From Oikopleura dioica (taxonomy: Eukaryota > Animalia > Chordata), in contig OU015567.1 of the NCBI GenBank assembly GCA_907165135.1, positions 8,370,001 to 8,434,000 of the forward strand: a stretch of 64,000 nucleotides of DNA. The letters are read 5' to 3'. Below the pieces are notes generated by a model. It saw nothing but the letters and a program-made list of their open reading frames with translations, made no database searches and was not told the DNA's origin. Below are positions 48,709 to 60,428 of this stretch, piece by piece (positions within the stretch are counted from its first letter, which is position 1; the number at the start of each line of letters is the position of its first letter). Position numbers and translations under genes: made by a program.

Positions 48709-51494
48709 TTAGATCTCGTAGCTGAAGCCGTAACCGATCGCAGAGCTACAAACATAGTTAGTAACGAAGAAGGCGGAAAGTAAGAATCAAAGTTCAACGA
48801 ATCAAAAGAACAAATCACCTTGATTGATTTCGATCTGTGCGGAGTGTTTTTTACCTTCGGATGTGACGACGACTTCCAAGATTTTCGCCGAACTCTTCGT
48901 AACTTGGTGGCGGCCCTTCGTCGAAGTGAGGAGCTGATTTGATCGATGTGGGTCCGCCAAAGGGAAGATTTTCGGCGCTTTCGAACTCGAGGGAAGCGTT
49001 CGAATCGTTTTCTGAAAGGATGAATTGAGTTGAAATCAAGGAAGAGTACGAAAAGTCAAATATGTAAATCTTGAAGCTTCTAGCTACAAAAATACTTTAC
49101 CTTTGTCTTCAAGAATCGGTTGACAGATTCTATCGTTTTGCTGCTCGACTTCAATTCGCTCATTCTCCGAAAACAGCTTCTTCTTCGGTTTTACCTCCGT
49201 TTTGGCACCTCGCTGTGCAAGAGGAATCCTCGATGGACCTCCTCTTACTGGCTGAGGCGTCCGGAATGTGTTGATCCGAGAAGTTACTTTGGAGAAAACC
49301 TTGGAATATGGTTGGAGAATGTTCGAAGCGGACTTTGATCTGCGTCTGGACTTTTTGGTTAGACGTTGTTCTTGAGGAGGCTGTTCATTCTGAGCTGGGC
49401 GAGCTGGAGCTCCAAATCTACGAGGATAAGTTAGGGAGGAAAATTTATGTTAGGAACTTACGGTCGTCGAAAAGGAGGAATATTTGGAATCCTGGAGAAC
49501 TTCGACTGCGCAGTGATGTCGATTCTTGAGCGCTTTGTATCAGCGAGGCTCATTGTGGAACCAAAGGCCGTTCGTTTCGTAGGAGTTGTTCCGTACGTCT
49601 ATGAAGAAGGGATAAAACAGGTTTTTTTTGAGGTGAACATAAATTGGTGGAGCGTTTTTGAAGGGGTTAGAGACGAGATATTTCAATTCTCTCTTTTGCA
49701 TCTTGTTGGGGAGGGTCTCTAGTGTGTTCTTTGAAAGATTTTCTTACCATTTCTCTGGCTAGTTCAATTTTTTTCTTTTGATTTCTCTCTAGCCTTTCCA
49801 TATTTTTAGACTCGCACACTGCGTCCCACTGCGTCTCGATATACTTTTTGAATCCAACGCCATCGACTTGGAATTCTTTCTCGTTATCCTTCTCCCACTC
49901 GTTGATGTCCGCTTTCAATTGGTTCTCTAGCGTGGTGAGCTGGATCTTGACCTTTTTGAACTCTTTCTGCTTTTTGAGAAGAGCTCCGCCGCGGTTGTTT
50001 TTGAAGCGATTGGGATCTTTGTCCTCTGCGTCCATTACGCGGTACTTTTGGAAAAGCTCATTCCATTGGTCAACGCCTTTGAACATGTTCGCATGCTAGA
50101 ATCGAACGGTTAGTGTTTTTTCTAATGGCTCTCCGAATAAATAGCAGTCTCACCAATCGATTCTCTTCTATGATTTTAAGCGAATTCTTACCTGTGAAAA
50201 TTCCTCCTCTAGTTGTCGAACCATGCTTTCGTGGTCATCCAACAACTGCTCGTTGTAGTTTTCCGAGTAGTATTCGTTGAAAGACTCACGCTGATCCTGG
50301 CTGAAGTACATCTTCTCCCACAGCGTTGCGATATCTTCGCGGCAGGACTCGACCAGCTCCTTGAGCTTGCTCTTTTTCTCCGCTTCCAAACTATTGAGCT
50401 CTTGCTGGAGTCTTTCGAGCCAGCTAGAGCTCAGATCGTGACGCTTGAATTGGTCGACGTATCGCTGCTCTTTCTCAAGTCGACTAGAATAGTCTAGCTA
50501 GTAAAAGAAAATATTAATAAGTACTTACGTTGCCAATCTAACGAGTCTATCCTCGAGAGTGTCTTTCCTCTCTTGTCTCTGATCTCGTTTCGCTTCAATC
50601 GTTTTCTTCCTCGCTTCCATTTTCGTGTTCACATTCTCCTTGAGCACGACAAATGGATCTTCGCCGGCTTCGAGAATGTCTTGCAGCCAGACTTCTTTCG
50701 GCGCCTCGCCAAGGAGATCGAAAGCAGAGGTGATCGCGTATTTGAGTCTTCTGAACTGGTCAAGTCGAGCTTGGACGAGCTTTTCCATCATGTGAATGTT
50801 TTGCTTGATCTGCTCGAGATCGTGAACTTTTGGGACGACTTTCAGCGAGACTGGTACGCTTGCGTACTCTAGTTGCTCACAGAGCTTTTCTTCGATATCT
50901 GAAAATCCCCGTTAGATACAATTGTATTTAGATTTTACTGGCTTGAAATCAACGAAGACTTAAAAAATTCAGCTCCTTGGATTCCAGTGAATCTTTTCAA
51001 AAAAAACCTACTTTTCAATCGATGAAGCTCAATCATCGCCGTCTCCTTCTGTCTCTCGAGCTTCTCCAGCTCCACCTGCACAATTTCAGCCTTCGCGACG
51101 AGCTGCGGCGGTCCATCGTATCTGAAGGGTGGCCTGCCCAGCTCCTCGTTCAGCTCGCGGATGGTCGCAAACGACTTCGCCAGGTCGGCTTTCATCGTCT
51201 CCAGAACATCCTGCTCCTCAATTTTCATCTGATCAAACAGCTGCGAAACGTGCTTGTTTGCCGTTCTTATTCGCTGTTCGATCGCTTCTCTGTCGAAACC
51301 TGAAGACAAAACGTGTTTAGATCAATCTTTTTTATAATTTTACCTAGATCTATCCAGATCTGCGTCAAACTGGCAAAGGTTTCGTCTCTGTGCTCTCCAT
51401 TTAGTCCTGGCTGCTGGTCGACGTGCTCTTTCACAAAACGGTCCATTTTTTCTGGCTCGATGTATGTCGAACTGATATTCAGATCTTCCTCCAT
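48709..51494 (-). CDS. PRC1: Protein regulator of cytokinesis 1 (MAP65/Ase1 family), multi-exon
   Basis: Coiled-coil exons with DPNRFKNNRGGALLKKQKE, REDIATLWEKMYFSQDQRESF and WEKDNEKEFQVDG, followed by an S/T/P-rich tail ending PSYEEF...IRSS. The last exon boundary is inferred. Confidence 0.92.
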
Positions 51495-51661
51495 CTCTTT
51501 TTTCAGCGTTTACGCTCTTTGTCGCCGGTAAACTGCTCTCTCTGACGCCAGAATAACAATTTTCGTTATTTCTATCTAGAAAACAAATCTCTTATTTTCA
51601 AAAGATTTCAATATTCAGATTTTTTAAATAGACTTTTGTTCTACTATTGCGCGCGATCAAT

Positions 51662-51756
51662 TTCAAATTAGGCGCCTCTGGGTGAGACGACGCGCGATTG
51701 GCTATTTGAGTAATTGGGCGGCGCTCATTGGGCAGCCAAGTGGCGCGCCATTTGAA
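51662..51756. promoter_or_regulatory. Cell-cycle (G2/M) promoter of PRC1: CDE/CHR plus three CCAAT boxes, with a second CDE/CHR on the opposite strand
   Basis: Minus strand GGCGC-ctaa-TTTGAA (51676-51662); ATTGG at 51697, 51713 and 51727; plus strand GGCGC-gcca-TTTGAA (51742-51756). Confidence 0.7.
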
Positions 51757-52494
51757 TAGACCCCCTTCACTACACTGAGTAAACTTGGACGCGGGGAAAA
51801 GTAATCAAACGCGAAATCAGAAGTCTCGTAAAAGCTCAACTGTAAAATGTAATGGACCTCGTAAAAAGGTCACCAAGAGCGAAACCGATTGACATCTGCG
51901 ACAAATCCCGTTGTCCGGCGCTTATGAAAGCACGACAATGATGTTTTTGAAAGCGGGAAATTTTTGAATAAGGAAGTTGTAAAAAATCACAGATCAAAGA
52001 AACGAGCAAGTTTTACAGCTTCGAAAGAAGAAAATTTTTTGAAGAAATGGATTATCTTCTTCAAACCTTTTTCTCTAATTGAATTGTTTCAAAGGTCGCC
52101 CGCTAAAACCCGATTATGAAACCCCCAGGCGCCGACTTTTCAAAAAATATACCCGATAAGATTGAAGTTTGAATTGACTTGTATTCTTTATTGTTGAAAG
52201 CTTTTTTCGGTAATAAGGATTTTCATCGCTTGATAGGAAAGTTGAGTTAAGACAGAACACGGAGCACGGGAATAAAAATAATGACAAAAAAGGAAAAATG
52301 GAAATAATATGTTGTAACAAAAAGGTGTAATATAATAAAAATAATTAATTGAATACAAAATGAATCAGTATCAAATATTGCAAAAGCCGCACAGTTTCGT
52401 TTCAAAGTTTTTATTGAAGCCAGAATAAGGAAAGTTGTAGAAAAAGAATTTTTAGAAGAAAGAAAATGGAGGAAATTTAAAAATTTCTTTTTCG

Positions 52495-54052
52495 CTATTT
52501 CTGCTTTTGAGATGTTACATCCGCCACAAACATTCGTGCTGATCTCCACGCATCTTCCACTGTTTTCTCGTCGTATTTCTGAAAAATACTTTATTGGCAA
52601 CGATTGTTTTTTCAAGGGGACTTACCACTGGGCCCATGAAATTTTTGAAGCTGAATAGGGACTTCTCCTTTTCCTTCTTAGCCTCCAGGTGGGCGAAGAT
52701 CGGTCCCGTGTTGAGAGTTTCTGATCGATACCGTCCCAAAGAGTCGATGTGGCCTAAGTACAGGTGGCCACTGAGCGGACGGTAGTAAATCAGTTCTGGG
52801 CGAGAAAACGAGGCAGTCAGGTTGATTCCAGAGCTTTGGAAGGAAAATTATTGACGAAGGAGGATGAAAGACTTACTTTGAGCTTGTGTCGCTTTCCCTG
52901 TTTTTCTGCGGAGCCTTGGAATCAAGATTCAACCCTGCTTGCTCCATGATTCCATTCAGAAAGTTGAGAAACTGCGGTGAGCGCAAAAAGAGCGGTAGAT
53001 AAACTGTTTGTAACGTCGTAAGCGCCTGCAAAAGAAACAATCAACCCGGTTCTAGAACGAGTTACTGACCTGTCGAGCTGGAAGTTTGAATGAGCTTGCT
53101 GATGGATTTTTGAGACCGACTTCGACTTGTTGTTTCACATTGTCAGAAAAGCCGATCGCGCCGAGCTGCTTGAAGATCGTTTTTTGAAGTTGGTCTCGGT
53201 CTTTTTTCGGAATCTCGCGGAAACGAGCCGCGAAGTCTTTCGTATTCAGGTAGAAATCAAGCACTTCTACAAACGGTGATTGTGAAAAGAGGAAAATTTA
53301 ACGAGGGAGAGTTACCTAAAGACTTCTCTTTTGACATGAAATCTCTGAACAATTCTCGACTTTGGTCAAAAGACAGGATTTGATCCAGCGAAATTTCGTG
53401 GTCCGTGAACACTTCCACCAATAATCCTTGAATTTGCATCCTTTTAGTTGTGTTTTTTCGGGAAAAATACCTTTGAACTTTTTCGACGTAAGAAAATCTG
53501 GAATCTTTTTCGAAAGACCGAGTTCGACTAGCTTCGACAAATCGGCGAAATCTTCGTCTACCACTTTCCCTTTTTCAAGCTTTCTTCTCATATTTGAAAC
53601 TGCTTTGGCTTCGAAATTCAATACGTCACTAGAAAATTGAACGAAGATTATCAAGGAATGTGGGGTACCTGTAATGACGAATGATTCTTTGGGCTTCTGC
53701 GTTGAATTCTTCGGCCGTTTTCGCATTTACGTTCACAGAGTCTTGAATGATTTCCGTGACGTTACTGAGCGCAGAAGAGAGGATCTGATCCCGCAGAGCA
53801 TCTTCCGCGCTTTGCTCGCTGTTCTGATTGGCATCCGGGCAGGCAGAGACGGCCACGTTTGACCGGAACTTGCCGATATCTAAAGAAAAATGAAAAGGGG
53901 TTCAGAAAAGATGTTCATACCTTGGTAAAGAGTTAATAATCGTCTGTCATTAGGCTTGAGGTATTCTTGGAAATAAGCTCGGTAAGTGGCGTCATTGAGT
54001 ATATTCTGGATATTCGGCGCCCATTCCCTAAAGCGCGGCATCAACTCCGCAT
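52495..54052 (-). CDS. AKAP10: A-kinase anchor protein 10 (D-AKAP2): two RGS domains plus C-terminal PKA-binding helix; 5' end uncertain
   Basis: RGS motifs IQNILNDATYRAYFQEYL, LDQILSFDQSRELFRDFMSKE..VLDFYL and YLPLFLRSPQF. The C-terminus SPELIYYRPLSGHLYLGHIDSLGRY...EDAWRSARMFVADV resembles AKAP10 DPESLYQRTYAGKMTFGRVSDLGQF...ELAWKIAKMIVSDI. Confidence 0.85.
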
Positions 54053-54318
54053 CTGAAACCAAGAAAAATCAATTCAAGATTCATTTTCAGGAGGCTTTTT
54101 AGTTGCAGACAGATTCAATCTCCATTCAAGATGATCAGATGTAAGAAGGATCATCTCTTTTTTAGTTTGAACTTAGAAATCACGTGATTAGGGGAAACAG
54201 AGATCAGGAAACGGGATTCTTCCACTGTCTTCCTTACTCTCTGCCCCTATCACACGTGACTTATAGATATTGAATAATATATCTTTTTTGTTGACTTCGT
54301 TAATAGATCATATGATTT

Positions 54319-54361
54319 GTATCAAACGTTTTCGTTTATTGGATAAACTTCATCAGGATAC
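54319..54361 (-). ncRNA. Minimal type I hammerhead ribozyme (inverted copy)
   Basis: Exact reverse complement of 56156-56198. Confidence 0.8.
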
Positions 54362-54492
54362 TAAAGTAAATATGAACGAAAAGGAACAGAGGAAAAAGAA
54401 TACTTTTATGTTGAGAGAGCAGTGTGAAATTGCTAACTGAGGAAAACAAAAACAAAATCAAAAAATATGGCTGTTTTTAGTCGAGCGCCAAG

Positions 54493-55998
54493 GTGGCCCA
54501 AGGTGAGCTTAAATTCTCTTGTTCTTCTACTAAAGAATTTAAAAGTGCGTTTACTAAAATCTCACCTCAAATAACATCTGAACATTCTATTTGGAGCGCA
54601 GATGTCGTGTCAATGTATCCATCAATTGACAATTCAAAAGCTATTAACGTTATTATCGATATTCTTTATAAAAATCCTCTTCGATATTTTAGCCCCGAGG
54701 ATCTTCCAGACGGCACAATCAGTTATTTTCCCCCTAAAGATGTTTTTCGATCTATTCTTGTTTCAGTCTTACAAAAGTTCACCGCATTTTCCACGCAAGA
54801 AGGTTACTATAAACAGAAATTCGGGTGCTCAATGGGCTCCCGACTCGCCCCTCTAGTGGCGAATATTTACATTTCTAGCCTGGAAAGTGAATTTCTTACA
54901 ACTGAAATTAAAAAGGGTAATATACTGTTTGTTAGTCGTTACGTCGACGACTACTGTTTTGTAACCAGAACAAGTGCCAAAAAACGAATTTTTAATTGTC
55001 TCAATAAGTTTGATCCGTCCATAAAAATGACCTGTGAAGATATGAAAGACGACTGTCTCCCTTATCTTGATACTTGCATTAAACTTCATGACAACCAATA
55101 TCACTTATTCTTCTATGAGAAAAGTAACAAAAATGACATTCTTCAAAACTTTCGTACTGGAATCGCTCCCCTCAACAAGAAAATATCAACGCTTACCGGC
55201 GAAATCTATCGCAGAAATAATACAACCTCATGTCCGTATGCGTTGAATATTGCTCTTGAACAGTTAACTGATCGCTTTCTTAAGAACTCATATCCGTTTC
55301 ACCTCATAAAACGTAAAATCAATGAAATTAAAAATAATAATTTCGAGCCACTGAAACGTGATGATTCTAAAGTAGTGAAAAAGTTCAACTTATGTTTAGA
55401 TTTTACTAGTGAAAGATGCTACTCTATTGGACTTAGTCTTCAAAAACTCTTCAGAAAAGTAACACCTTCCTTTTGTCTAGTCGTTAGTTGGAAAACCATA
55501 CGACTCGAAAGAGCCCTAGGCAAATTTCTTAAAAGAGTCCCCGAAAAATACGACTTGTGTGATCTGATTTACTCTTGGAAATGTGATTGTAAAGCGCAAT
55601 ACATTGGTCAGTCCAAACGAAGAGCTGGTGTTCGTTGGATTGAACATGTTAATTCAAACAACCAGAATAAAACTGCTTCTTCTTCCATCTTCAAACATTT
55701 TTCCACTTGTAAGACCTTTCAAAAAAGCTATGATTCTTACATCAGTGAGCCAAGCACAAAAAATCTCACGAGTCAATACAAGACTAAAACTGCCCAATCG
55801 AAACTTGCTTTAGAGTCCTTTCACTCTAAAAATCCTCCGAAAATTCGTTACAAATTTTCAAAAATGACTTTGCTTTAAAATATTTTGATGTTCTACAAAC
55901 TAATCTTACTTACGAGAAACGTTGAACAATTTCTTATTTTACTGCATAGACCCTCCCTTAATGAACAATCTGATTTCAAACAGTTCAAAACTTTTTAA
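54493..55998 (+). pseudogene. Penelope reverse transcriptase / GIY-YIG endonuclease ORF, N-truncated and disrupted near the C-terminus
   Basis: RT motifs SADVVSMY, QKFGCSMGSRLAP, RYVDD and LPYLD; endonuclease LIYSWKCDCKAQYIGQS..R..EH. A stop at 55876 precedes the conserved tail VEQFLILLHRPSLNEQ (55921-55998). Confidence 0.9.
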
Positions 55999-56155
55999 TT
56001 TAGTCGAGCACTGTTTTGGGCCACCTTGGCGCTCGACTAAAAACAGCCATATTTTTTGATTTTGTTTTTGTTTTCCTCAGTTAGCAATTTCACACTGCTC
56101 TCTCAACATAAAAGTATTCTTTTTCCTCTGTTCCTTTTCGTTCATATTTACTTTA

Positions 56156-56198
56156 GTATCCTGATGAAGTTTATCCAATAAACGAAAACGTTTGATAC
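56156..56198 (+). ncRNA. Minimal type I hammerhead ribozyme in the Penelope pseudo-LTR
   Basis: Stem I GTATC/GATAC; core CTGATGA(A); stem II GTTTAT-cca-ATAAAC; GAAA; palindromic minimal stem III AACGTT; predicted cleavage after T56193. Confidence 0.8.
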
Positions 56199-56343
56199 AA
56201 ATCATATGATCTATGATATTGAATAATTTACAGATTGAAGCGTTTCTGTAGTGGTAAAAATGATTCGTAAAATGATGTTAAAATGCGATAAATGATTCTT
56301 AGGAAGGTCATTTCTTTAAAATTCTTAGAAGTCTATCTAGCAG

Positions 56344-57636
56344 CAGAGTTCAAAAACCCCGGGCACAGGCGGGCGCGGGCTCGGAATGGAAAAATGGTCG
56401 GGGGCTCAGGCGGGCGCGGGCACAAAATTGATGAAGCTCGGGGGCTCAGGTGGGCGCGGGCCCGAAACTGAAGGTGCCCGCGGGCTTAGGCGGGCGCGGG
56501 CAACAAATTCAAGGTGCCCGCGGGCTCACGCGGGCGCGAGCCCTTGCCCTCCTGCTCGCGCCCGGCCGCGCCCGCGAGCACAAAGGGACCTAATTTCAAT
56601 CGGTATTTTCAGCTTCAATTCGATGACTTGAATAAGTTTGCCGTCAAAAAATATGCGAAAATGATAAAAAAAGTTCGGAAATTCGCGAAAATCTTGATTT
56701 TAGACGAAACTTTGAGCCAATTTTTTGGGGTCATTTTCAAAGAAAACTCTTTTATGGGTTACCGAAAAAAGTCTCAATTTTTATTTAAATTTTCAAAGTT
56801 TTCGGCGAAAATTTCTTCTTCTTTTACGAAAACTGGCCGCGGCCCTGACGGGCTCGGGCGCCTGAGGCCGCGAGGCCCGGGGGCTCAGGCGGGCACGGTG
56901 TAATCATAAAAACTGGCCGCGGCCCTGACGGGCTCGGGCTGGGCTCGGCAAACTGAGCTGTGTAAAAACCTGTCACAGGTCCTGTTTCCTGTTTTTGGGG
57001 AATCTGCCTGAGTACCTGTGTAAAATCGGGTAATAATTTGGGCCTGTCCTGTGTACCTGTGTAAAATTAAGGGGAAAAAATTTCTTTAGCTGTCCCTGTT
57101 CCTGTTTCTGTCTTAAACAGGCCTGTGTTTCCCGCTCAGGTCCTGACCATAGACAGGTTCCTGTGTAACCAGGTCAGGAACTGCATAAGTCAGGGAAAAT
57201 ATTAAAAGAAATCAATCGCGAAAGACGTAAAAAAGAGTTCAACAATCAAAATAACCGATAAATTCGCGTCTTTTTGTTTCTTTGTAATATTTTTTCTCAG
57301 AAATATCCTGTTTTTTGTCCTGTCACAGGGCCTGTTTCCAGTTTTCTGACCTGCTCAGACCTGTTCACGCAGGCCCTGACCTGTGTAACCTGTTTGATAA
57401 GCTGTGTAAAAAAACCTGTCTAAAATCAGGATATTTTTGCTTCCTGACCTGTGTACCTGTGTAAAATATGGGACAGAAATTTTTTTTCCTGTTCCTGTGT
57501 CTGTTCCTGACACAGTTTGCCGAGCCCAGGGCTCGGGCGCTTGAGGCCGCGAGGCCCGGGGGCGCAGGCGGGCAGCGTGCCCGCGCCCGGCCGGCCGCCG
57601 CTCCCCTGCCCGGGAGCCGAAAATTTTTGAACTCTG
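56344..57636. mobile_element. hAT-type MITE (outer element) with GC-rich subterminal repeats
   Basis: TIR CAGAGTTCAAAAA/TTTTTGAACTCTG; 8-bp TSD TCTAGCAG (56336-56343 and 57637-57644); repeated GCGGGCGCGGG motifs. Confidence 0.9.
56939..57529. mobile_element. hAT-type MITE nested inside the outer element
   Basis: 17-bp TIR CTGGGCTCGGCAAACTG/CAGTTTGCCGAGCCCAG; 8-bp TSD GGCTCGGG (56931-56938 and 57530-57537); many CCTGT subterminal motifs. The uninterrupted form of the target motif is visible at ~56841-56870. Confidence 0.88.
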
Positions 57637-58739
57637 TCTAGCAGTACAATTGGTCTGTCCACCGAGCACAAATTTGGAACTGGCTTGAATTCGATGAACT
57701 CGCTCCCCGTGCAAGAGAACCTCTCTTTCCGTGGGAGCCCCAAAACCGCAAAATTTACAACCCCACATTGGCGTTACAGGATGGACAGGAACAGGAGCTC
57801 CTTTGAGCTTCTCGGAAGCTTTTGAGGAGAAAGAGTCAGGAACGATATATACAAGCGAGGAGAAGATTTCGGCGGCGGGGTGATCTCCCAGGTGCACTCC
57901 CAGCGTCGCCGTCTTCGAAGTTCGAAGCGGGCAAATCAAGCAGCGGAACTTATTCATGAAGGGATCAGCGTGTTTCTTTGCGCGGCAGTGGTCTTTTAAG
58001 TTCTTGAGCGGGTGCACATCTCGTAAATGCATCTACAAAGATAAAATGAGAAAGAATTCTCAAAAATATAATCAAACAGGGGCTCTAAAAGGCTCGTTTC
58101 TTTTCTACAAAACCTAACCTGGATAGTGCTGGAAACCGATGGAATAAAATTTGGGCAAAGAAAACATCGAAAGCTCGCTTCGTTGGCTTGAAGTGCTTTT
58201 TCCTGTTCCTCTTCTTCTGAAAGGGCTTTTTTGATCATCACCTTCTTCATCGTTTTCTTCCCTTTTGAGTCTTTATGACCGTGCTTTATATGTACAGTAA
58301 TGTCGGCTTTGTCGAGAAAAACCCGGCCACACGGTTTTCCATCTGGATTGAGCGTTGTGCACTTCCAGCCTTAAATTCGAGTTGAAAATTAGGGGACGGA
58401 AACAAAGGGATGAAAACCTATCTGGCCATCGTTAGGGATTTGAGGTAGTTGCGGAGGGGATTGTACAGGAGGAGATGTTCGATCTCCATTATTGTTGTTG
58501 AGTCGTTCACTCTTTTTTCGGCCGTTTTGAGAACCTGCATTTTCAGTTTTCGGCGGTCGACCTCGCTTCTCAATCTTCCTGTTTGGCATTGTAGAAGCGT
58601 GGCTGACCGATGCATAATGAAGATCCTCTTGCCGAAAGATCTTTGAAGGAGCGGGATGAGGCTGCGTTGGAGGACGCTCAGATTTGCGTTTCGTTTTTAA
58701 CCGAAAGCTGGGCATGACTGCGGATTTTCCACCAAACAT
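57355..58739 (-). CDS. C2H2 zinc-finger protein (~4 fingers); C-terminus now runs into the MITEs
   Basis: Exons ~58739-58419, ~58370-58119 and 58033-. Fingers CTTLNPDGKPC...HIKHGH, CFLC...HLRDVH, CLIC...HLGDH and CKFC...HGERVH; AT-hook-like KRGRPPK. Confidence 0.8.
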
Positions 58740-59042
58740 CTTTTCTCCAGCACCTTATTTTTTGATCAAAATGATAGATTCAAGCCTTCATACTTATATT
58801 CCACGGTGACAGAAAGAAGAATCTACTGGGAGAAAGACACAACTTGCGATGTTTTAAAAGTTGGAATGCTGAGTTTAACTCTTTCCCATTCTAAAGAAAA
58901 TTCGATCAAGAAAAATCTCAAATTGTGAAAAAGAAGATCGAAAATATAGAAATAAATTTTCATTTTTATTAGCATGAATTATTGTGAACTTTCAAAAGTT
59001 TTGACAGAAACGGTTTTTTTATTAAAGAAAAGCTTTGCCTTT

Positions 59043-59684
59043 TTAATTAGTTGGAGCGTCGACGACGATGGCTTTCATTCGGAGGACTCTTCGGCAGACG
59101 AGCATCTAAATACAGCTTCAGGATCGATTCGGACCGATGGAAACTTACGAGGAATTCTCCGTAGTCGATTTCACCATCACCATTGACATCGACGGCATCG
59201 ACCATCATTTGGACCTGGCGGCGGGTGAGAAAGCGGCCGTGGCGAGTCATCCAGTCTTTCAGCTCGTCGCGAGTGATGCTTCCCGAGCCGTCCACATCGT
59301 AGGATAGGAAGGCTCGCTGGACGCCGTTGACGCCATGTTGCTTGAATTTCGAATGATAGAAAGAAAATAAGCGAGTATTGGTTACCTTGACCATGAGAAC
59401 GAGAAACTCGGCGAAATTGAGCGTGCCGCCGTTATCAAGATCGACGCTGTTCATGATTCCTTCGAGGAATTTTTCGACAGCTTCGAGGTCTTGTTCGAAG
59501 AGCTTGTTCAACGATTGGAGGTCGATGTTGCCGCCTTGTTCTGCGTCGAGTGCGCGGAATTGCGCTTTTCTATCTAAACGACGCGCTTTTCAAAACAGAT
59601 TTTCAGGGGAAGGGGAGTCTTACCGTCAGAAGAAAGAGCTTCAACGATCATATTTCTTTCGTAAGCGGATACCGGAAAAGCCAT
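59043..59684 (-). CDS. Calmodulin-like EF-hand protein
   Basis: EF loops DAEQGGNIDLQS (degenerate), DLDNGGTLNFAE, DVDGSGSITRDE and DVNGDGEIDYGE, separated by ~40-50 nt GT-AG introns. Confidence 0.88.
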
Positions 59685-60428
59685 TCGTTTCGAACTACAG
59701 TACGTTAATAAAACCCTCACAAACAAAACAAGTGAGAATAGAAATAACATCTTGAATCCCTTACCCAGCTGTAGCATATCGAAGAGAACGGGCAAGTTGT
59801 CGAAAAGGAAGCATTTTCTCTGTTTTTAAATAAAAAGACTTTTCCACGTTGCCGACTTGATTTACGAAAATGAAGAAAATTAAAACTCGGTTTGCGGACG
59901 ATCGCAAGAGGGAGTATTTTCAGATCAGCGCCGATAACGGTCGGAAATTCAGTTAGTTCACCCTTAGTAGGGTGAGTAGATGTGTTGAAGCTGGTAAATA
60001 CGCAGCTTAGTTTTGCTCAGAGCAGTTGAACATAAAGGTTTTTCATCAACAATAATCAGCAAGAGCTAATATTATTCGTCATTGCCGTACCTTTATCTTT
60101 TTACTAAAACCCAGATTCTAGCCTATGGCTTTTCTTTATGGCTTTTGCGCGAGAAAGAAGTAGAATTCCTTGGATAAATTGAGTTCATTTCATATTGGCA
60201 GTTGGGATAATCAAAACAGTTGCATCAAAACAAGCAGTTTTTAAATAATTGTTTGAATTTTAAAGAATTCTAATTTTTAATTTTAGAAATAATAATTTTC
60301 GTTTCGTCTTGTCCTTCGTTCGAAGAAAGGCTTGAAAGTTGAACCACACAGAAGAAAGAGGGAGAGATGGAGAGAGAATTGACCGTTGCGAGTATGCGTT
60401 GATTTCATCTTTTCTTCGTTTTAAAATT

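Larger units (their letters stand above)
54279..56214 (+). mobile_element. Penelope-like retroelement, 5'-truncated with an inverted pseudo-LTR
   Basis: RT and GIY-YIG ORF; 199-bp inverted repeat (54303-54501 vs 56016-56214); 13-bp TSD GATATTGAATAAT (54266-54278 and 56215-56227). Confidence 0.93.

Noticed and set aside
56386-56903. G/A/R/P-rich ORFs
   Set aside because: They arise from the GC-rich subterminal repeats of the hAT MITE.
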